Shown here: positions 1-8,984 of the stretch, in pieces
Layout: each line of letters starts with the position of its first letter
Numbering within the stretch: the first letter of the stretch is position 1
Source of the DNA: a virus
Virus record (IMG/VR): IMGVR_UViG_3300014050_000017
Span: 16,134-80,133 of that record
Strand: one strand, 5' to 3'
Length of the DNA stretch: 64,000 nucleotides
The notes under the pieces: model-generated
Seen by the model: the letters and a program-made list of their open reading frames with translations, nothing else
Database searches by the model: none
What the model was told of the DNA's origin: nothing
Program-made: the position numbers and the translations under genes

Positions 1-118
1 TACTATCAAAGACGCCGACGGACAGGTCGTATATCAAGGTTATGGAACAGAACTAAAATTAGAAACTAAAGAAATAAATGAGGAAGTAGATGAAAGTGAA
101 CCAGCAGGAGAGCAATAA
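1..118 (+). CDS. hypothetical protein, 5'-partial
   Basis: Open frame from the window edge (..TIKDADGQVVYQGYG..EPAGEQ*) ending in TAA at 116-118. Confidence 0.5.
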   Translation, partial: TIKDADGQVVYQGYGTELKLETKEINEEVDESEPAGEQ

Positions 119-221
119 TCTTCACAACCCTGAAGACTTCGCCGCCAGCGAAGAACACCTATGCAAAGAGGGTGCAACTATGTGTGATAAATGCCTAGAT
201 AAATATGGAATAGAGAAATAA
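90..221 (+). CDS. small Cys-containing hypothetical protein (43 aa)
   Basis: Read manually: MKVNQQ...CKEGATMCDKC...; GAGG upstream; overlaps the previous gene. Confidence 0.5.
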   Translation: MKVNQQESNNLHNPEDFAASEEHLCKEGATMCDKCLDKYGIEK

Positions 222-237
222 AAAGAAGGAGAAAGAA

Positions 238-336
238 ATGGCACAGTGTAATTGGTGCGGAGATGCTTACGAGAGTAGCCTATGGACTAACCACCTATGT
301 ATTGAACCGAAGGAGAGCGACTATGAAGTGCGCTAA
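238..336 (+). CDS. small CxxC hypothetical protein (32 aa)
   Basis: AAGGAG RBS, then MAQCNWCGDAYESS...; fills the gap between neighbours. Confidence 0.55.
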   Translation: MAQCNWCGDAYESSLWTNHLCIEPKESDYEVR

Positions 337-469
337 GTGCTTCATTGAATACGATAACGGCGAAGTTATTGCCCCTATCGACGAAAGCGCTATTGACGAA
401 GTTAGCGAGATAGGTCTAGGATTTTGCGTAATGTGCGTACCACCAGCAGGTACGCCAGCCCAAGTTTAA
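323..469 (+). CDS. small Zn-finger-like hypothetical protein
   Basis: AAGGAG RBS before ATG at 323 (MKCAKC...FCVMC); two CxxC pairs. Confidence 0.6.
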   Translation: MKCAKCFIEYDNGEVIAPIDESAIDEVSEIGLGFCVMCVPPAGTPAQV

Positions 470-477
470 GGAAACCT

Positions 478-654
478 ATGAAAGAACACGTTAGGCACTA
501 CGGAAGCGGTAAAGCGCATACGTTGTGCGGAGAAAACTATCCTTTATATCTAAAACTATATAAACTTTCTGCCTTATTGGTAAAGTTAAATAAAGTGTGC
601 GGAGAGTGTTACGCACGATTTATGATTAGAGAGTTAGGTTGCACCTGTAAATAA
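478..654 (+). CDS. small Cys/His-rich hypothetical protein
   Basis: AAGGA RBS; HTLCG...VCGECY motif; TAATG overlap with the next gene. Confidence 0.6.
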   Translation: MKEHVRHYGSGKAHTLCGENYPLYLKLYKLSALLVKLNKVCGECYARFMIRELGCTCK

Positions 655-1082
655 TGCAAACCTTCCTACCATACGCAGACTTCACAGAGGTAGCACGCGT
701 ATTAGATTACAGACGCTTAGGTAAGCAACGCGTCGAAGCCTATCAAATAGTAAGAGTATTAGACGGAACTCAACAAAGTAACGCATGGAGAAACCACCCT
801 GCCGTACTCATGTGGAGAGATAATCTCGACGCCCTAAAGATGTACGGCACAGAGATATGCCTAGAGTGGATACGTCGCGGATATAACGATAATCTTATTA
901 GCCACTTCCAACACAAACCCGCGCCCGACATGCCAGCGTGGCTAGGCGACGAGCGGATACATATATCGCACCAAGCAAACCTAGTGCGAAAATTGCCCGA
1001 GTATTATAGGATACACTTCCCAACAGTAGATGAAACCCTGCCGTACCATTGGCCTATCACAAAGGAGAACATACATGGCTAA
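654..1082 (+). CDS. pyrimidine-dimer DNA glycosylase / MSMEG_6728 family (DenV-like)
   Basis: MQTFLPY..LDYRRLGKQRVEAYQI, NHPAVLMW, WIRRGY, SHQANL..K signature of the endonuclease V-like family. Confidence 0.85.
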   Translation: MQTFLPYADFTEVARVLDYRRLGKQRVEAYQIVRVLDGTQQSNAWRNHPAVLMWRDNLDALKMYGTEICLEWIRRGYNDNLISHFQHKPAPDMPAWLGDERIHISHQANLVRKLPEYYRIHFPTVDETLPYHWPITKENIHG

Positions 1083-1380
1083 GAAAGTAGAGCGCACGTT
1101 TAAGGCAACACTTACCCGTAACACCGCAAAGGGCGGTGCGTGGAAAGTAAATTACACAATTACCGAACTACGCCAAAATGGGTTAGGTAGTTATGACGAC
1201 ATTGAAATCGACAACATTACTACCGCATGGTCTAACGCCAGCGCAGGTAAGCGTTGGATTAAAGAGAGAGTCCAGCAGTTGACTCCACGCAAGAGCATTA
1301 AACTTGATATTACTTCCATCGACGAAAATGAGAAGCCAGTCAAGATTCAAGGCACTTTAATATATAAGCAGGAGAGTTAA
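1075..1380 (+). CDS. hypothetical protein
   Basis: AAAGGAG RBS before ATG at 1075 (MAKKVERTF...). Confidence 0.7.
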   Translation: MAKKVERTFKATLTRNTAKGGAWKVNYTITELRQNGLGSYDDIEIDNITTAWSNASAGKRWIKERVQQLTPRKSIKLDITSIDENEKPVKIQGTLIYKQES

Positions 1381-1381
1381 A

Positions 1382-1486
1382 ATGAGTAACCCTATTATCC
1401 CTGAACCAGAGTGGGGTCGTCCTAGCCCTAGCATTAGTGACGACGACGTATTTGAATTTGAAGACGACGATGAAGATGACGAGTAA
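1382..1486 (+). CDS. small acidic hypothetical protein (34 aa)
   Basis: GGAGAG RBS; MSNPIIPEPEWGRPSP...DDDEDDE*. Confidence 0.55.
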   Translation: MSNPIIPEPEWGRPSPSISDDDVFEFEDDDEDDE

Positions 1487-1622
1487 ACTTAATTTAGAAG
1501 CCCTAGTTAAACTTTATAAGCGTAATAGCAAGATGAAGTGGGTAGCATGCCACCACTGCGGTCGCATGTTTATCGTAGATAAGAGAAATATCAGGGTAGA
1601 TACTAAATGTAGTTCATGCTAG
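1476..1622 (+). CDS. small Zn-ribbon protein
   Basis: CHHC...CSSC; overlaps the upstream stop. Confidence 0.55.
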   Translation: MTSKLNLEALVKLYKRNSKMKWVACHHCGRMFIVDKRNIRVDTKCSSC

Positions 1623-1630
1623 GTTTTCAC

Positions 1631-1712
1631 AGGCGTCAAAGCGGGTTCACTTACCTCTCCCGCCAAGGCTATCCATGAAGCCAACCCCTTCGGCTGAGAT
1701 AGACCTGCGCCT
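1631..1712. ncRNA. candidate structured RNA (multi-stem junction) between convergent gene blocks
   Basis: Pairings AGGCG/CGCCT, GCGGG/CCCGC, CTATC/GATAG and AGCC/GGCT in a non-coding gap. Confidence 0.35.
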
Positions 1713-1722
1713 TCATAACAAA

Positions 1723-1760
1723 GAAGCCCCCCTAGACGGCGCTAGGGGGGCTTCATTATT
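1723..1760. terminator. bidirectional intrinsic terminator
   Basis: Perfect 13-bp stem GAAGCCCCCCTAG/CTAGGGGGGCTTC between convergent transcription units, with AT-rich flanks. Confidence 0.85.
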
Positions 1761-1763
1761 TAA

Positions 1764-3788
1764 TTATTTAATTGGTACTTCACAGTAATCATTAGAGCAG
1801 TATTTCTCACCGATTGCATCAGCGGCCATCCCTGCATAGACGTCAGTAAAGTCAATAGGAAGCAATTTAAATGTATATTTATCGTATTCTTCCTTAGTTA
1901 TTTGCGTATATGGCATTTGCGGATAGGTCTCGTTCCCCATTGGCAAGAAAGAAACGGTTTTGAGCTGTCCGTCAAACATGTGCAACACAGTTCCTACGGC
2001 GTCCTTTTCAGTATTTGAATTAAATGATACAGTCACAGATACCGAATTGTCCGACCAATGTCGTTGAGCGGTAGAGGCAAGAGACATCTTTTCAAAGATA
2101 GATACATCTTTCTCCGAACGTAGAGCGCTAGATTCAATAGGGAAGAAGACCACACTTGTAGTTTTAGGTGACTCCGACGCCTTTTCTACTTTATAACCCG
2201 ACGCTTTAAACAAAGGTAGCATTGGGTCATCATTAGAAAAGCGGATTGCACGAAGGAAGTGCTTCCCACCAGGAGTCCAGTGAACCCCAGGAGATTCTCC
2301 AGCAAGGATAGACACAGTTCCGCTTGGTTTTACAGTAGTAGTCTTAATAGATTCGCGGATACCTAACCACTCGGAGTAGGTGCGGTCGTAATCTTGGATA
2401 ACCTTGTAACCAGCGTCCATCCACTCACGAAGCACAGGCAAACCTTCGCGGTCAGCAAAGTTAGCCACACCAGACATAGAGGTTCCGATACGGCGGTTAC
2501 GTTGCATAATCGCATTTGTTTCTTCCCAGTGGGTAGGAAGCAAAGTAACAGTCTTAGCGTATAGATACGCAAACTTTAGAGTACGAAGGTAATCTTCTTT
2601 AGAGTCATGGCGGTTCAGGTAAGTCTCCACCAAGGTACAGCACTCAAAAGATTCCAGCGATTGCTCGGCGCATGGGTTGTAACCCGCGGCTCGCCAGTCC
2701 TTGTTGTTGGGCGGGTCTATGAGTCGACCATATTGACGAGTAACGTCCATCCAGATAACGCCAGGCTCACCATTGAGAGCAATACCCTCAACGATATGTT
2801 CTAAATTAGAGCCAACAGATACTTCAACAGAGTTATTAGACATCCATGCCCAACCAGGGTTGGCAGGGTCATAGGAGTTGCGTTCAGGATATACGGCAGA
2901 GTTCTTTAAATTTAAAAAGTCCTTGTCGTCCAGTCTGCCCATGAGCAGCTCAGCAGAGCGGCGGACGTTACCCGAGACCACACAGACACCTATTAAATTA
3001 CCGATATCCGCAATATCCTTGCGAGTTAACTTTTGAGTAGCCCTACCTTTAAATATATTACGAATATAGTCATGTAATTTAATCAGTGGGTCTGGGCCCG
3101 CGGCCGTGCCTCCGAAGGTCTTGATAGGAACACCAGCAGGACGGATAAGTGAGTAGTCAAATATAGGCGACTTCTTATCAGGCATTAGATAGGAGTTGAT
3201 GAGAAGGCTGACAGATTCAACCCAGCCCTCGCGGGTATCTGGGATGACGATTGGGTCTGTATCTGGATGAGGCTCATAAATAGTAAAATCCTTGTCCGCA
3301 CCCTTGTCGTCAAAGCCAACACCTACGCCCAACATTGATGCTTCCATTAGAAAAGCAAATGGTTTAGCAGGGTCTAATTTAGACATGCTAGAAGTAGACA
3401 CGAAAGCACAGTTCTGCAAGGCCGCGGAGTTCTTGAGCTCATTGACCAGTGGGGTGCCCATAACCCATAGCCCACGTCCAGGTGGAGTCCACTTTAAATT
3501 AAACAGGCGGTCAAACGCTTCCTTAGCAGAAGCCTGGGCCCTGGAATCATTCCAAGGTAGTCGTTGGGATTTGCAGTGGTCTTTCTGTAGGGAGTACATG
3601 CCCTCGATAACTCGTTGGCAAACATCTACCCAAGTCTCTTTGGTTCCGTCCTCTTTCAAACGTGAGTAGGTGCGTAAGAAGGTAATCTCACCAACCGAAT
3701 TACCGCCCGCATCTTTATACCCCCAAGGCACTTTCTTGCTCTTGTAGTCCTTTAGGAAGTCCTCGGTTAGTCTGAAAGATAGTGGCAC
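1764..3788 (-). CDS. nrdJ: class II (adenosylcobalamin-dependent) ribonucleotide reductase, monomeric RTPR type
   Basis: RTYSR, PPGRGLW, NCAF, GNVRRSA, NPCAEQ (catalytic), TTVKPSGT, C-terminal CxxxxC; GTG at 3788 follows GGAG (track start 3800). Confidence 0.93.
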   Translation of the reverse strand: MPLSFRLTEDFLKDYKSKKVPWGYKDAGGNSVGEITFLRTYSRLKEDGTKETWVDVCQRVIEGMYSLQKDHCKSQRLPWNDSRAQASAKEAFDRLFNLKWTPPGRGLWVMGTPLVNELKNSAALQNCAFVSTSSMSKLDPAKPFAFLMEASMLGVGVGFDDKGADKDFTIYEPHPDTDPIVIPDTREGWVESVSLLINSYLMPDKKSPIFDYSLIRPAGVPIKTFGGTAAGPDPLIKLHDYIRNIFKGRATQKLTRKDIADIGNLIGVCVVSGNVRRSAELLMGRLDDKDFLNLKNSAVYPERNSYDPANPGWAWMSNNSVEVSVGSNLEHIVEGIALNGEPGVIWMDVTRQYGRLIDPPNNKDWRAAGYNPCAEQSLESFECCTLVETYLNRHDSKEDYLRTLKFAYLYAKTVTLLPTHWEETNAIMQRNRRIGTSMSGVANFADREGLPVLREWMDAGYKVIQDYDRTYSEWLGIRESIKTTTVKPSGTVSILAGESPGVHWTPGGKHFLRAIRFSNDDPMLPLFKASGYKVEKASESPKTTSVVFFPIESSALRSEKDVSIFEKMSLASTAQRHWSDNSVSVTVSFNSNTEKDAVGTVLHMFDGQLKTVSFLPMGNETYPQMPYTQITKEEYDKYTFKLLPIDFTDVYAGMAADAIGEKYCSNDYCEVPIK

Positions 3789-3897
3789 TTGCGTCTCCAA
3801 TTCTGCGAAAGATGTTAAGTTTAGTCATGAATTACAGCCTACTTCAGACTGTATAAATATCGGTGTTGTGCATGGTTACTATGCTGATAATAAAGTG

Positions 3898-5343
3898 CTA
3901 CTTTTCTTCTATAGATTTGCGTATCACCTCTGTAGTTTCTGCCTCATTGAGGCCGCCTTCAGGCAATTCTTTTAGCACTTGAGCCCTGTCTCCAAAGATA
4001 GAACTCAGTACTCCTGCGGAACCCTGACGCTCTACGGTCATCCTAATAAACTCGCGTGAGTCGTCCAATTCTTTGACGGTCTTGATTAATTTAAACAGTC
4101 TATCTATCTCTTGGGATACGTTCGGGTCTGCGTATCCACCGTTCATTTCTTCAGAAAAACGCATAAAAGCAACCCTTTGCCCCTGCATTTCTATGATTGC
4201 ATTAATCAAAGACTTGAGTTGGTCTTTGCTCTTTACCTCGATTGGTAACTTAAACGCACACATAGATTGAGGCTTAAAAGCAGGGCAGTTGGCGGCTACA
4301 AAGCAGGTATCACACTGACGAAGGGTGCTTGCTTGTGAGGTCACATGGGTGTTATCTGATATAACTCCATCGGCATCTACATCGGTCTTAACCTCGTATC
4401 CAAACACTGGAAGATTGCGTATTTCATCCGAATTACGCGGTTGAAGTTTCCGCATTTCTACACCCTTATTATCAGCATCTAGGGGTGCGATTTCCGCATT
4501 TGAATCACCTGGTTCATCCTGATAATAAGACTCGCCCACCTTGTTTATCCTCTCTTCAAAACGTTCATAAGACCAAACTGCCAAACGGCAAACTTCTCGG
4601 TTGTCGTCCTCTGCGATAAGGTCGGCATCAAGTCCAGCCTTCTCATAGATATGGTTGTACCTTGTCCTAGCCTGTTCCTTCATCCTCTTGGGATATCTAA
4701 CAAGCCTAGTGCCATCCCAAACGATTGTCTCCCCATGGGTCATCGGGGATATCCATGAAAGGGTGTGGGCAGTTTCGGCTTGGATTGAACGAAGGTTATC
4801 TGGCTTGGCACATCCTAGCGCATGGAAGCGAGTTCCGTTGCGCTTGGTGGCGGTTCTGGTGGTGGAGGCTAGGCGGGTCTCTGACTCTATGGCGGCTCCT
4901 GGAATACCCACATCTAAATAATTATTTATAACCCTGTTGAGGTTATCTAAACCTAAATCTGGGTTCCAGACTGGTAGAAACTTGCCAGGCGGCACCTGGG
5001 CCCAAGCTGTCTTCCTCTGTTGGTCTACGAAGGCTGGGTCTACAAATCCATAATTAAGTTCGGCAAATAAAGTTAATCTATCTATGTTGATGGCTACAAA
5101 ATGCTCATAAGCTGCGGCGAACTCCTCCAGCTCCAGGCGTCCTAGCTTGGCATTCATGGGTAGGCCAGGGTATAGATAAATATAGGAATCCTTAGGGAAG
5201 TAGTTATCTAATAGATACTCTTTAGTTTTGGGCATACCTCTGCGTACCAAGCCATGGAAACTGACTCCTAAGTGGTTGGCAGTGGTGGTTTCTAACAGGG
5301 TTCGATTGCTGGGGATTTCGCATCCCATGTATACGATTTTCAC
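3898..5343 (-). CDS. putative TGT/queuine-tRNA-ribosyltransferase-like TIM-barrel protein with C-terminal Cys cluster
   Basis: RFHALG and TLSWISP resemble the TGT-like H(L/G)LG and DSxSW strands; C-terminal CDTC-x5-C-x8-C; canonical DSG is absent. Confidence 0.4.
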   Translation of the reverse strand: MKIVYMGCEIPSNRTLLETTTANHLGVSFHGLVRRGMPKTKEYLLDNYFPKDSYIYLYPGLPMNAKLGRLELEEFAAAYEHFVAINIDRLTLFAELNYGFVDPAFVDQQRKTAWAQVPPGKFLPVWNPDLGLDNLNRVINNYLDVGIPGAAIESETRLASTTRTATKRNGTRFHALGCAKPDNLRSIQAETAHTLSWISPMTHGETIVWDGTRLVRYPKRMKEQARTRYNHIYEKAGLDADLIAEDDNREVCRLAVWSYERFEERINKVGESYYQDEPGDSNAEIAPLDADNKGVEMRKLQPRNSDEIRNLPVFGYEVKTDVDADGVISDNTHVTSQASTLRQCDTCFVAANCPAFKPQSMCAFKLPIEVKSKDQLKSLINAIIEMQGQRVAFMRFSEEMNGGYADPNVSQEIDRLFKLIKTVKELDDSREFIRMTVERQGSAGVLSSIFGDRAQVLKELPEGGLNEAETTEVIRKSIEEK

Positions 5344-5813
5344 TATAAGCGCTCTCGTCGCTCGTCGTTATCGTATTCGTCCTGTTGTTTTATCAGTTCT
5401 TCTTGTATCTGCGCCCAAGGCTTGAATCCCCGTTTAAGGCTATCAGGTCTGAAATTCTCATTGGTATAAATAGGGTGAAGGAACATGATTGCCGTTATGC
5501 CTCTGACCAGTAACTTAACGGCTAAGTCTGGGTCGGAAGTAACTACATACTCAACTGGCCCTTGTGAACGAATCCACTCAACGTGTCGCAGTTTAGGGTC
5601 ATCACCTGGGAACGGCACATCTTCTAGTGCAACTAGGTCATCAAAATTATTAATGCGTTGCTGACGTAGCCAATGGTCGGCTTTATCTTTGTCTTCACAC
5701 AGAATAAGTACGCGGTGTTTTTCTTTAAGTGTTTTATAAAAAGATATGCCCTCTACGATAGGGTGCTTTTTATGGTTGCGTAAAACCTCATCCATAAATA
5801 CAAGTATTGCCAC
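5343..5813 (-). CDS. HAD-like Rossmannoid protein (degenerate motif I)
   Basis: N-terminal hydrophobic strand ILVFMDEVL, P-x-x-EG and a C-terminal YVVTSDP resemble the HAD layout; lacks the first Asp of DxD. Confidence 0.45.
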   Translation of the reverse strand: MAILVFMDEVLRNHKKHPIVEGISFYKTLKEKHRVLILCEDKDKADHWLRQQRINNFDDLVALEDVPFPGDDPKLRHVEWIRSQGPVEYVVTSDPDLAVKLLVRGITAIMFLHPIYTNENFRPDSLKRGFKPWAQIQEELIKQQDEYDNDERRERL

Positions 5814-5825
5814 GACTTAATTCTC

Positions 5826-6761
5826 CTAATTACGTTTATTGGATAACGCTCTCCTGACAAGCGTATCGGCAGACGGTAGTTCTTGTCCATAGGTTGCTGC
5901 CTCAAATACCTGTTTGGATTGTTTTTCAATTTCTTTTAATGCTTTTAGTGCCTGTACAGTTCCAGCAGATTTACCTGCCTGCCAACGATAATTGTGAATA
6001 TCTAAGTACCCTTGACCACTAGGACTAAATGCGTATTTACGTCCTTTATGTATATCTTCAAATAAAGCAGCGCCTTGTTCTACTGCAAGTTTTAATGCAG
6101 CTTCAGCATTACGTCTTGCAACATCTGTTGTTGCTGCACCTATATTAGATAGTGCTTCTGCATATCTTGATAAAATTTCAGTGGCCATTGACGTATCTTG
6201 TGCCACCTTTCTTTCATACATTTTATTAACAGGAACACCGCGAACCTCTGGCTTAACTGTCCAATCATCGTTGGTCAAGTTATACGCTGCATAAGGTTTG
6301 ATAGTCCTGATGTCGGACTGTACATTAACATAAAAAGTTAATTCGTAGGCGTCCATGAAGTTTGTATTTTGACTATTTAATTCAGCACTAAACCCCTCAT
6401 TTAAGGTTTGAGCAATTTGCTTATCGCTGAGCCCTTTTAGTTCTGGGTTTGCCTGACGAAACAGCAGGTAGTTGATACCAACCAAACAATCTAAATCAGC
6501 AGGCTTTCTGGCCGCTGACCACTGGTAGCTCACAGCTGACCCAGCTAGCCAGACCTGTACGTAGGCCTCTGGGTTGTTGTACTTTAGTTTTAAATGGGTA
6601 AATAGGATTCTTAATATAGATGCCCTGATAGACGGGATAACTTTCCCATTTCTAATAAGTCTAGGGTCCAACCCAGCTGATGGGGTTGAGAAGTAGGATG
6701 TCTCTGAAGGCTCTACTGACACTGGCCGTGCCTGTTGCGCCAGCGCTTTGTAGTAGTCCAT
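5826..6761 (-). CDS. nucleotidyltransferase (DNA pol beta superfamily)
   Basis: hG[GS]..DxD motif LAGSAVSYQWS....ADLDCLV, then ELTFYVN and AAYNL..DDW. Confidence 0.75.
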   Translation of the reverse strand: MDYYKALAQQARPVSVEPSETSYFSTPSAGLDPRLIRNGKVIPSIRASILRILFTHLKLKYNNPEAYVQVWLAGSAVSYQWSAARKPADLDCLVGINYLLFRQANPELKGLSDKQIAQTLNEGFSAELNSQNTNFMDAYELTFYVNVQSDIRTIKPYAAYNLTNDDWTVKPEVRGVPVNKMYERKVAQDTSMATEILSRYAEALSNIGAATTDVARRNAEAALKLAVEQGAALFEDIHKGRKYAFSPSGQGYLDIHNYRWQAGKSAGTVQALKALKEIEKQSKQVFEAATYGQELPSADTLVRRALSNKRN

Positions 6762-6765
6762 TTAC

Positions 6766-6993
6766 CTATTCTATATCTTTTTTGTTGCTTTCTTTGTACT
6801 TAACGTCGGTATCCCAGTCGATAACACGATGGTTCTCTGGTTTATCTTTCTTGATACCGCTCATGAAGCCGCACTCTGCATGCGCTGATACAAATTGATT
6901 AGCCCACATGATAACGAGGCCTTCATTTGAATCCTCATTTAAATCGGCTTGGAAACTTGCCTCGCACTTGCATGTCATCTCGATGAATGCCAC
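6766..6993 (-). CDS. hypothetical protein (CxC...HxxC)
   Basis: GTG start after GAGG; MTCKC...AHAECG. Confidence 0.6.
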   Translation of the reverse strand: MAFIEMTCKCEASFQADLNEDSNEGLVIMWANQFVSAHAECGFMSGIKKDKPENHRVIDWDTDVKYKESNKKDIE

Positions 6994-7088
6994 GGTGCCA
7001 CCTCTATCCCTAGTTCTGTACATACAGTATACTCCTGCTGTACGGTCTAATGTCTAGTGTACCGAGGCCAGTTTTGACCCAAATAGGG

Positions 7089-7652
7089 CTATTTGGTGTA
7101 CAGCCCCTTGCTCTGGTTGTGTTTCATCATGTTGTAGGACTTGACGGGGCAGAAATCACACAGGTGCATTTTAGGCATCTTGGAAGGGTCTAAGCCTGCC
7201 TCTCGGCGGTCTTTTGCTGTATCAGCCTTAAGAATCTTTTTATCAGTCTTGTAGTCTGAACACTGACCTTGTGGACGGTTATGTTGTGCAAAACACTTCA
7301 TTGCATCTGCGGAATAGTTGTCTTTGGTTTCGTAGAAGTTGGTACCAAATACATCTAGTCCAGGTGAGCCGCCCTTTTGGAACTGCTCAACAATCTGCTT
7401 TTTTCCGTCTGGATGTTGCCAAACAACAAGGTCTGCATCTGCAAGCATGCCGCGATGATTAGGGTGACGCTCTACCATTGCATGTAGGAATGGGTTGCGG
7501 TTCTGGTCGTGACCAGGTTTATTATCAAAGGGGAAGCGGTCGTCGTAAGGGATTTCATCAACACTCTTGCAGTCGTAACAGGCAAGTAGTAATACCTTAG
7601 GACGGTCTTTAGGGTCCTCTTTGGGATTTAATTTAGAAAGGTCAAGTACCAT
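7089..7652 (-). CDS. hypothetical Cys/His-rich protein (probably leaderless)
   Basis: 187-aa ORF with CYDC, C..HNRP...C and LCDFCP; TAGTCT 6 nt upstream of the ATG. Confidence 0.75.
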   Translation of the reverse strand: MVLDLSKLNPKEDPKDRPKVLLLACYDCKSVDEIPYDDRFPFDNKPGHDQNRNPFLHAMVERHPNHRGMLADADLVVWQHPDGKKQIVEQFQKGGSPGLDVFGTNFYETKDNYSADAMKCFAQHNRPQGQCSDYKTDKKILKADTAKDRREAGLDPSKMPKMHLCDFCPVKSYNMMKHNQSKGLYTK

Positions 7653-7658
7653 GTGGTA

Positions 7659-7664
7659 AGACTA
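7659..7664 (-). promoter_or_regulatory. -10 element (TAGTCT) of a leaderless transcript
   Basis: TANNNT hexamer exactly 6 nt upstream of ATG 7652; no SD. Confidence 0.55.
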
Positions 7665-7671
7665 CCACTAA

Positions 7672-8403
7672 TTAGGAGTATCTACTACCAAATGACGGTA
7701 AATCGTCATCCCCATCTTCAAGTAGGCGACGACGAGCCTCTGCTCTGCGAGCTTTATCTTCGGCTGCTCTGGCTTTTGCCTCTTCTTCAGCGCGTTTCTT
7801 TTCGGCTGCTCTATCCACAGTGGTGTTTGAGCCTGCAAACAAATCAGTCAAATCCTTCTTAACATTGGTTGGAGCAACGGGCTTTGTATATTTCTTAGTA
7901 GGCGCTGGCTCTGACGTAGTAGGGGCTGGCCTTGACGACGGTGCAGCCTTTTTGGTTGCAGGTTTTCTCTTTTTTACAGTTGTTGCCTGTGGTGTAAATG
8001 AAGGGTCTGGAGTATCAAAATCAATTAAACCACCTTCAGTGGTAGCCCCTATTGCCTTAAACTTAGCTTTATACGCCTCGCTTTCAGCAATCCTTTTTGG
8101 AACGCTTACTCCGCGTGAGCTAAGAACAAGGTCTCCATCATTTCCGTTGTTAACAAGCGTATCTAACATATTTTTATGAAGGGCATTGCGGCTATCAAAT
8201 TTAAACCCAATATGCCCTTTAGTACTAGCAGGCTTAGACGTAAAAGGCGTAGTATCTACCCCTTGATAACGTAAAGAATCTTGGTTTTCTTTTACTTTTT
8301 TATTAGTTACAGTATCAACCGTTGGTGTGGAATTAGCTGCCTCATTGAAAGCGTCCATGCGTTTTGCGTTTTCAACAATCTTGCCAATATCTTTTAGTCC
8401 CAT
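7672..8403 (-). CDS. hypothetical low-complexity protein (K/P/T/A-rich)
   Basis: 243-aa ORF; AAGGA RBS; abuts the upstream gene. Confidence 0.7.
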   Translation of the reverse strand: MGLKDIGKIVENAKRMDAFNEAANSTPTVDTVTNKKVKENQDSLRYQGVDTTPFTSKPASTKGHIGFKFDSRNALHKNMLDTLVNNGNDGDLVLSSRGVSVPKRIAESEAYKAKFKAIGATTEGGLIDFDTPDPSFTPQATTVKKRKPATKKAAPSSRPAPTTSEPAPTKKYTKPVAPTNVKKDLTDLFAGSNTTVDRAAEKKRAEEEAKARAAEDKARRAEARRRLLEDGDDDLPSFGSRYS

Positions 8404-8775
8404 TTATTTTCCTTTTGCAGGGTCGGTATTAATCTTAATAACCTCACGCGGTTTACCAGCGTTACGGCGTTCTTCACGTTCCATTGCATCTTTTGCAGTT
8501 GCGCCAGACTTTGCGCGGTTAGTAATAGCAGTGCTGGCCTCATTGTAATCTGCTGGTGACTGAATCCAACGATAGGTGCTACGACGTTCACCTGGTTCTT
8601 GTGGTCGTGTTCTTACGCCGTTCTTTGCTGGGCCAACAAAACCATGGACATAATTAAGGTCTCTGTGACTTTCACCAGTCATGTCTACGCCTCTAAGCGC
8701 AGCGCTACTAGATAAATGCTTTTCTATCTGAGGCACACGAGCAGGGTCGTAGGCGCGGTCGTATGCGTCTGACAT
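8404..8775 (-). CDS. hypothetical protein
   Basis: 123-aa ORF in a tightly packed operon. Confidence 0.7.
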   Translation of the reverse strand: MSDAYDRAYDPARVPQIEKHLSSSAALRGVDMTGESHRDLNYVHGFVGPAKNGVRTRPQEPGERRSTYRWIQSPADYNEASTAITNRAKSGATAKDAMEREERRNAGKPREVIKINTDPAKGK

Positions 8776-8984
8776 TAATTACCCGCTGGGTTTACTTTGC
8801 TTGGTTCCTCTGAATTAATAAAACCGTAGTTCATATATGGGTGAAGACCTGCGCGGTTAGCCTGCACAGTCTGGTCTCCCATACCTGGTTGAACAACAGT
8901 ATTTGGACGGCGCTTGCGGTACTTGCCGTCTGTTGCGCCCTCTGTCATGTCGCCATTGAGGGAACGTGATTGATTAACTGCCAT
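8775..8984 (-). CDS. hypothetical protein
   Basis: MAVNQSRS... with TAATG coupling to the upstream gene. Confidence 0.65.
   Translation of the reverse strand: MAVNQSRSLNGDMTEGATDGKYRKRRPNTVVQPGMGDQTVQANRAGLHPYMNYGFINSEEPSKVNPAGN

Noticed and set aside
3801-3897. NrdR box or cobalamin riboswitch upstream of nrdJ
   Set aside because: Only a weak partial resemblance to an NrdR box; the region is too short for a B12 riboswitch and lacks its motifs.
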